A DNA stretch of 64,000 bases from the NCBI RefSeq assembly GCF_009914755.1, contig NC_060936.1; one strand, written 5' to 3'. The position numbers and the translations under genes are program-made. This DNA is from the human T2T-CHM13v2.0 reference genome, Homo sapiens. Positions 56,777 to 64,000 of this stretch are shown one piece after another. Under the pieces are notes generated by a model, which had not been told where the DNA came from, made no database searches, and saw only the letters and a program-made list of their open reading frames with translations. The number at the start of each line of letters is the position of its first letter. Positions within the stretch are counted from its first letter, which is position 1.

Positions 56777-57072
56777 GGCTGGACATGGTGGCTCATGCCT
56801 GTGATCCCAGCACTTTAGGAGGCCAAAGCATGTGGATCACTTGAGGCCAGGAGTTCAAGACCAACCTGGGCAACATGGTGAGACCCTTTTTCTACAAAAA
56901 ATAAAAAATTGCCTGTAATCCCAGTTACTTGGGAGGCTGAAGTAAGAGGATCCCTTGAGTCCAGGAGATGGAGGCTGCAGGGAGCTTGCACTGTGCTCCA
57001 GCCTGGATGACAGAGCAAGACCCTGTCTCAAAAGTAATAAGAATACTAATAATAAGAAGAAACCGAAGAAAA
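56777..57072 (+). mobile_element. AluJ with small internal deletions
   Basis: GGGCAACATGGTGAGACCC, GAGGATCCCTTGAGTCCAGGAG; right-arm start is missing. Confidence 0.92.
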
Positions 57073-57639
57073 AGGGATCCCCAAGCTCTCTTTGCTTTTG
57101 AGTTGTTTCTGTCCTCATAAACATCCAAACTGATCCAATTCCCTTAAAAACGTTATGTTTTCCATGAATTATAGTTCACTTCATTAGACAAAAGCCACAT
57201 CTACAACTATTTTCTTTTTGAGATATCCTTTTTCTAGATATCTTTAAAAGTATTTTGAAATTAGACTTTTAAAGAACCATAACTTTAATGTTCTTGAAGT
57301 CTTCTGTCAAAAATGAGAAAGTCAAATAGATACTACCTTGAATATTTCAGAAGTCCTAACAAAGGCTCTGATGTCCTTGATGAGATATTTACTCTGTGAC
57401 CATTTCTTTCTCTGAGAGTGTTTTTCTGTCAAGGACTGGAGATGTGAAATAGTCCTTATAGTCAAACCCAGCAATCCTGTCTTCTCTATATTTGTTCTAA
57501 TTTTGCTTGAAAACATAATAGTTTTCTCTTTAGCTCATCTTCCTCACCCTGTACTTTAGTGTATGCCATTAAAAGAAGACAATTGACATTTTAATAATTA
57601 TGCCCAGAAAACTTCTTAGCAGATTTACAATTACATATA

Positions 57640-58056
57640 CAGTTTACCCTTGAACAACTCAGGGATTAGGGATCCCAACACTCCAAAAATTCACATATAA
57701 CTTTTGACTCCCCAAAACTGAACTATTAATAGCATGTTGACCAAAAGTCTTATCGATAACATAAACAGTTAACACATATTTTGTATGTTATGTGTACTAT
57801 GTACTCTATTCTTATAACAAACTAATCTGAAAATGAAAGTGTTATTAAGAAAATCAGAAGGAAGAGAAAATATATTTACTATTCATGTAGAGGAAGTTGG
57901 TCATCATAAAGGTCCTCATCCTTGTCATCTTCATGTTTAGTAGGCCAGAAGGACGATGAGGTATGGGTCTTGCTTACTTAGTGGTGATAGAGTCAGAAGA
58001 AAATCTACATATAAGTGGACCCACACAGGTCAACTGCATTGCTTAAGGGTCACCTG
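57640..58056. mobile_element. Tigger2a MITE
   Basis: TA-flanked TIRs CAGTTTACCCTTGAACAA ... TTGCTTAAGGGTCACCTG. Confidence 0.88.
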
Positions 58057-59436
58057 TATATTCTACTTCACACTGATCTTTTGACCGCTTGTTCCAATAC
58101 TACATGCATGGCTCACCATTACTTCCAGGCTCAAATATCACTTTCCTCACATAGTTTCTGGCATCCACTAACAGGTTTTCTTTTTTAAAAACTTGGATTT
58201 TGATAACAGTTTCCTCAACACTTTTATAGCATTTGGCTGCCACCCAGTCCCAAAGTCAAGACCACATCTTAAGTTGCTGCAGGTACATATGACACTCATT
58301 AAAATAGTATCTTGGTAGAAAGGTCTTCGAGACATGCAAACTGGAAAAGGGACTGGTTAAGTTCCTAGCTCACTACCAGATTAGAAAGAAAGTCATTGAT
58401 GGGAGAGCCAAGTTTATGTTAAAATAAACAGAATATTTCATTATTTCAACTGGGCTGAACAGGTCCTTATTTATAACATATCCTATATTTTAATTTTCTA
58501 GTAGATTATCATTTGAAACACGAAAATACAATTTAATTTTATCATAACAAAACAACTCTTCCCAAATTTTGTTTGAAATGTATTGCTTCTTAAAACATCA
58601 ATAATTGCAAAAACAACAACACAAAAATATGATTGCCAAAGTATTATACTGTTCTCCAACTAGCCTGATCCTAGTACGAGTTTCTTTTAGTAATGCAACT
58701 TCTGAATTGCATCCTTGCTGTCTGATATTTCTATAATTATATGGCTAACATAAAGAGTGTTATGCAAATGAAATCATGCGAGATATGAGATAGCAGTGGT
58801 ACATAAAGTTATTATTTACAATGGGTTTATGGCATGTTTATTACAAATGCCTAATTTTTTCCACCCTAACCAAGTAAATAAATCATATCACAGTGGTAGG
58901 TTGAGAATTACCAGAATAAAATATTACATTAAGAAAACATCACTCATAGGAAAATCACAGGTTTATGGTTCATGGCCAAAAAGCAGGGGGCGTCGGGAGG
59001 GAAGCCAACACTAGCATATTTGATCAAGGTAGCCCTGCTCCCTCTTCTCTGATTATCTAAAGTTCATTGTTTCTTGAATTCATTTTTGGCTCCTCTTTGG
59101 CAGCTTCTAGTTGCCCTGTCCTTTAGGAATGTGCTCTCTTCTAAGCTGTTGTAGCTCTTCTTGACTTGAATTTTCATTTAAAGACTTAACTATTGAGTCA
59201 AATTTGTACATATTATCTTTTATGGACATCCTGTCCCTGTAAAACTAGTTCTTAAACTCTTGAAGTGATTTTCAGGTATTTTTGAGTGTCTAGTACACCA
59301 TGTGCCAGGCACAGTGCTGAATTTTGGGTTTATATTGGTGCAAATAAACATCCCCACAAAAAGAAAAACTTCTGAACTTATGGAGCTTATATTGGATTGG
59401 AGGATCCAGAAGTTAATAAAAGATTGCATAAATACA

Positions 59437-59726
59437 GGCTGGGCACAGTGGCTTACACCTCTAATCCCAGCACTTTGGGAGGGTGTGGTGGGTGGACTGC
59501 CTGAGGCCAGGAGTTCGAAACCAGCCCGGCCAACATGACGAAACCCCATCGCTACTAAGAATACAAAATTTAGCCAGGCATGGTGGCACATGCCTATAAT
59601 CCCGGCTACTTGGGAAGCTGAGGGAGGAGAATCACTTGAACCTGGGAGGCGGAGGTTTCAGTGAGCCGAGATTGTGCCATTGCACTCCAGCCTGGGCAAC
59701 AGAGCAAGTCTCCATCGAAAAAAAAA
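59437..59726 (+). mobile_element. AluS (Sx/Sz-like)
   Basis: Full dimer with A tail, inserted in a reverse L2 relic. Confidence 0.95.
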
Positions 59727-60042
59727 CCTTTAAAATATATCTGTGGTAGGTGCTACAGGGATGAAGTACATGGTTATGAAAGCATATGATGGGGGAAATT
59801 TAGGAGGCTAGGTAAGTGATAATAGTTCTCCCTAAAGAAAGAAAGGCTGAAAAGGAATCTGAAATAATGGTAGGATTTAACTAGGTAAAGCAAGGCTGGT
59901 GATTAGAAAAGAACATTCTAGACACAGGCAGCAGCATATTCAAAGCCTCTATAATGCAACACAGGATACCAAGTAGGGGGAAATGAAAGTATAACACTGT
60001 GGTTGCAGGGCAGAGAGCAAGGGGGCTTGTGAGAGGGGCTTG

Positions 60043-60150
60043 ATGACGAGTTAACCGGGTGCAGCACACCAACATGGCACATGTATACATATGTAACAAA
60101 CCTGCATGTTGTGCACATGTACCCTAGAACTTAAAGTATAAAAAAAGAAA
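60043..60150 (+). mobile_element. Severely 5'-truncated L1PA4/5-like 3' tip (about 105 bp)
   Basis: ATGACGAGTTAA..GGGTGCAGCACACCAACATGGCACATGTATACATATGTAACAAACCTGCA...ACCCTAGAACTTAAAGTATAAAAAAA. Confidence 0.92.
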
Positions 60151-60329
60151 GAATCCAAATCGCATAGGTCATGTTAAAGATGTTACTGTTTATCCTAACA
60201 GCACTGGAGAGTCTTTGATGAATTCTAAGCAAATAACACTATATCCTACAAAATTGATTATGGCCGTGGTGTTGATAATGGAATAGTTAGAGATGTTATC
60301 AGTCAATGTAGAAAGTATTGTCAAGATAT

Positions 60330-60968
60330 GTATCTGATACTTCTTGAGCACCGCCCTTTGTGCATTCTCTCTTACATTTCAGCTCTTTGCATCACTCCAG
60401 CTGCAGCTGCTTGGCCCCCCTGCTGTTCTACTCCCTGGAGTCTACCAGTCACTCACCTGGGAGGCCCACTCTTCCCCTGTGGCTGCTGCTGAACTGCTGA
60501 GTCAATGAACCTCATGTTCTGAGTTTCCAGTTTTTCTTGCTAACTCTGGATTTGTATAAAGTATCATTTCACAGGATATGAGATTTAGCTTTTCAAGTTG
60601 CCACCAAAGGGGCCAGATAATATTGCTCTAATGTTTGGAAGTTAACCCTTTGAGAAGCCGCTTTGATTATCAGAAAACAGGTGATAGGAGACAGCCCGTA
60701 AATAAATGTTGTCTCTTTCCTCCTCCCTATGGACAATACCTTGACACATTACCTTTGCATGGTATGTCTAGAGATATCTCATGTGGCTGAGCAACCAGCT
60801 GCATCTATTTTGTGGCTCGTGATGATGCAGTGGTCAACATAATAATGCATGATTTTGCATCACTTCGAATCTTTCCCCCTCTTACTTTGCTGTGTCCTCA
60901 CTCTCCATGCCCTGGGGTGGCGCCTCAAAAATTAAACATTAGTACTTAGTCTTTGTTTCAGGTTCCAA
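60330..60968 (+). mobile_element. ERVL LTR (LTR33-like) relic
   Basis: GTGGCTGAGCAACCAGCTG...ATTAAACATTAGTACTTAGTCTTTGTTTCAGGTTC 3' pattern. Confidence 0.55.
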
Positions 60969-61040
60969 CAGGTGAAGGCGGAAAGCTTTTGTAGCATGTG
61001 GATGATGATGTCCTGGAATAGAGTGATGAGGCAGAGATGG

Positions 61041-61803
<763 letters not shown>

Positions 61804-62239
61804 CATGGAAAGATATATGGAGTTAAACCAGCAGGACTTGTTAATAGATTCGATATTAGGGGTGAGGAAACGGATGGAATCATGGATAACTCTTGATGTC
61901 TGGCATGTGTAGTGATGTGATTCATAAAGATGAGGAACCTTGAAGAAAAATCAGGTTTTAGGATAAAGATCCTGAATTAAATTTTAAGCATGTTGTGTTC
62001 AAGTCACTTTGAAAGGGCCTGTGTGTCCTATCTCTTGTTATTCTCAAGATTCAGCACATAGCAGGTGCTCAGTAATTATTGATGGATAGCCTAATGATGG
62101 TGGCAATAATGACAATGATAATAAAGCTTAAAATTTTTAGCAATTTTAGCCTTGGCTGTTTCTTTTTCAGTATTGACTGCCAGTGCCAACAAGAGGGAAT
62201 AATATGGTGCTATTACTATGAATGATGATAAGAATGAAA

Positions 62240-62440
62240 CAATATTTACCATTTATTGAGCACTTATTATATTTATGACTCCATTAAACACTTTACAAAC
62301 ACTATTTACAATCTTTAAACAAGCCAGTTTTTAGATGAGACACATGATGTTCACAGCTATTAAGTAACTTATGCAAGTTCAGACAGACAGAGAGTGTTAA
62401 AATATTAAACCTATGCTCGTTTTATTGAAAAGCTTTTCTT
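62240..62440 (-). mobile_element. MIR SINE
   Basis: CCATTTATTGAGCACTTA...TTTTAGATGAG...TTAAGTAACTT..GCAAG reverse MIR core. Confidence 0.7.
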
Positions 62441-63869
62441 CATACTGCTGTATGGCTGGAAATGAGGGTGTATTTGGCAAATTGACAGGATAATCATCTC
62501 CCACCTTCCTGCCAGATAAGTATTCCTTTGTTTCTATAATTCAGATGTCCAACACACAGTAAACATGAAACATCTTCCTGAAATGTTTATTATATTTGAA
62601 GCATTAAAACATTAGTTTTATTGCAAAATAAGGAATGTTATATTAATAGTAAAATAATATATTAAGTGAAAAATTTTTAGTTTTTCAGATAAAACCTAAA
62701 ATTTCAAAGAAATTTTAGCCTGGTAGCATGCTGTTTATAGTCACATTTCCAGACACCTGTGAATTCTTTTTCACTTTTATCTATCCTTAACTGTAACTTA
62801 GTGAAAAACTAGAAAAGCGTGGTATAATACTTAAGAGTTTCTGGATAGTAAATCTCATTTGAAAAGTTTTTCAGTGGTCACATTCATCTTTATTTCTTTT
62901 TTGTTTTTTTCATTATAGAATTTATTATTATTATTTTTATTTATTTATTTTTTAATTTTATTATAATTAATCTTTATTTCTTTGAAGTTTTGAATTAGAA
63001 ACTTCACTGTTTTTTTTCTCTTCATATGTACTAGTTTCTCATGTAAAAAGGAATTAATAAAAACAAATTACATTTTGAACATATTATATTCATATGGAAA
63101 TTTTAATCTTTTTAACACATGTCAATTAAACTGCATCTTACATCACACTTAATGACTCAAAAACAGCAATAAATATTTAAAGATATACACCTAATACAAT
63201 CAGTCTTTTCTCATTAAGCACTGGAACTCTCATGTTCTCATACAGAAACCATTCAGCCATGCTTAGGTACTACCCATGTTTTGAATTGCTCCCTATTCTT
63301 GTATAAGTTTGGAAGGATAGAAGAAAAGTCAGCTGCTTTTTTTATTAAGTAGATACTAATCAAAGCGTGGTAGTAACTGAATGTCTTATTTGATGAAAAA
63401 CACTTTTCTGCCATAAACAAGGGAAACAGATAATAGTTTATTTAAAAAACAGAAATTCTCTTGTTTTGGACTTTGCCTTAGGTAACAAAATATGCTAACT
63501 GTACAACAAATGAAAAGAAAAGACACTCATATATGGGTATGTGCACATACACAAATCCACAAAGAGTAAAATATATGTGTCATACAACCAGACTCTTTTG
63601 GACCTCCAAACCAAGTACAAATTGGTCTGCACTTATTTCTTTCTATTATCGCAATCAATAGTCACAAGGATCTAGTTTAATTTCTTCTCCTTTCTCCATA
63701 CCTATTAGCACAGTGCCCAATTAATAGTAACTTAATAAATATTTATTGAATAAATGAACAAATGGCCTTATATTTTTTTGACCCTGATCACTCTAACCTA
63801 CTATTATTTAGGTTTACAATAGTATCTATTTCTATTAAGTCATGAGTAATCATCCTGGCCCACGACATC

Positions 63870-64000
63870 ACTGTAGCACGGTGAAAAGGAGTCTGATTGC
63901 TCTCATTTTGAATCTCATGACTGGGAGTGAAAATGTGGACAACTTCACTTACCCTTCTGAAAGCTAGATTTTTTCTTCTGCAACATGGAACTCATAAAAT
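63870..64000 (+). mobile_element. MIR SINE, runs off the window
   Basis: GTAGCACGGTGAAAAG...GGACAACTTCACTTACCCTTCTGA...TTTCTTCTGCAACATGG. Confidence 0.55.

Overview
Primate (hominoid, probably human) AT-rich genomic DNA made mostly of transposable elements. I cannot support any host protein-coding gene, RNA gene or CRISPR array. The main blocks are three long L1s: a 5'-intact L1PA3/4-type element on the minus strand (1-5723) with an AluY in ORF2 and an open antisense ORF0; a 5'-truncated L1PA8-like element (20468-26085); and a full-length L1PA7/8A-like element with TSDs (44864-51323). Also present are an ERV1 solo LTR, an MST MaLR element, a full-length HSMAR2 mariner, ten Alus and many older L2/MIR/MLT/DNA-transposon relics. 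Essentially all ORFs in the track are TE remnants or chance ORFs. The most unusual signals are local rearrangement scars: (i) a 443-bp segment of the host L1 copied in inverted orientation into the middle of an Alu about 0.9 kb away, giving a 98.4%-identical inverted repeat; (ii) a perfect 123-bp tandem duplication of a CCAAT-box-rich unique segment; (iii) a 50-bp HERV-E LTR2 stub with a local re-copy fused to L1 ORF1; (iv) short fold-back insertions. Subfamily names come from recalled consensus sequences, not from a search. I see no evidence for a new biological system.
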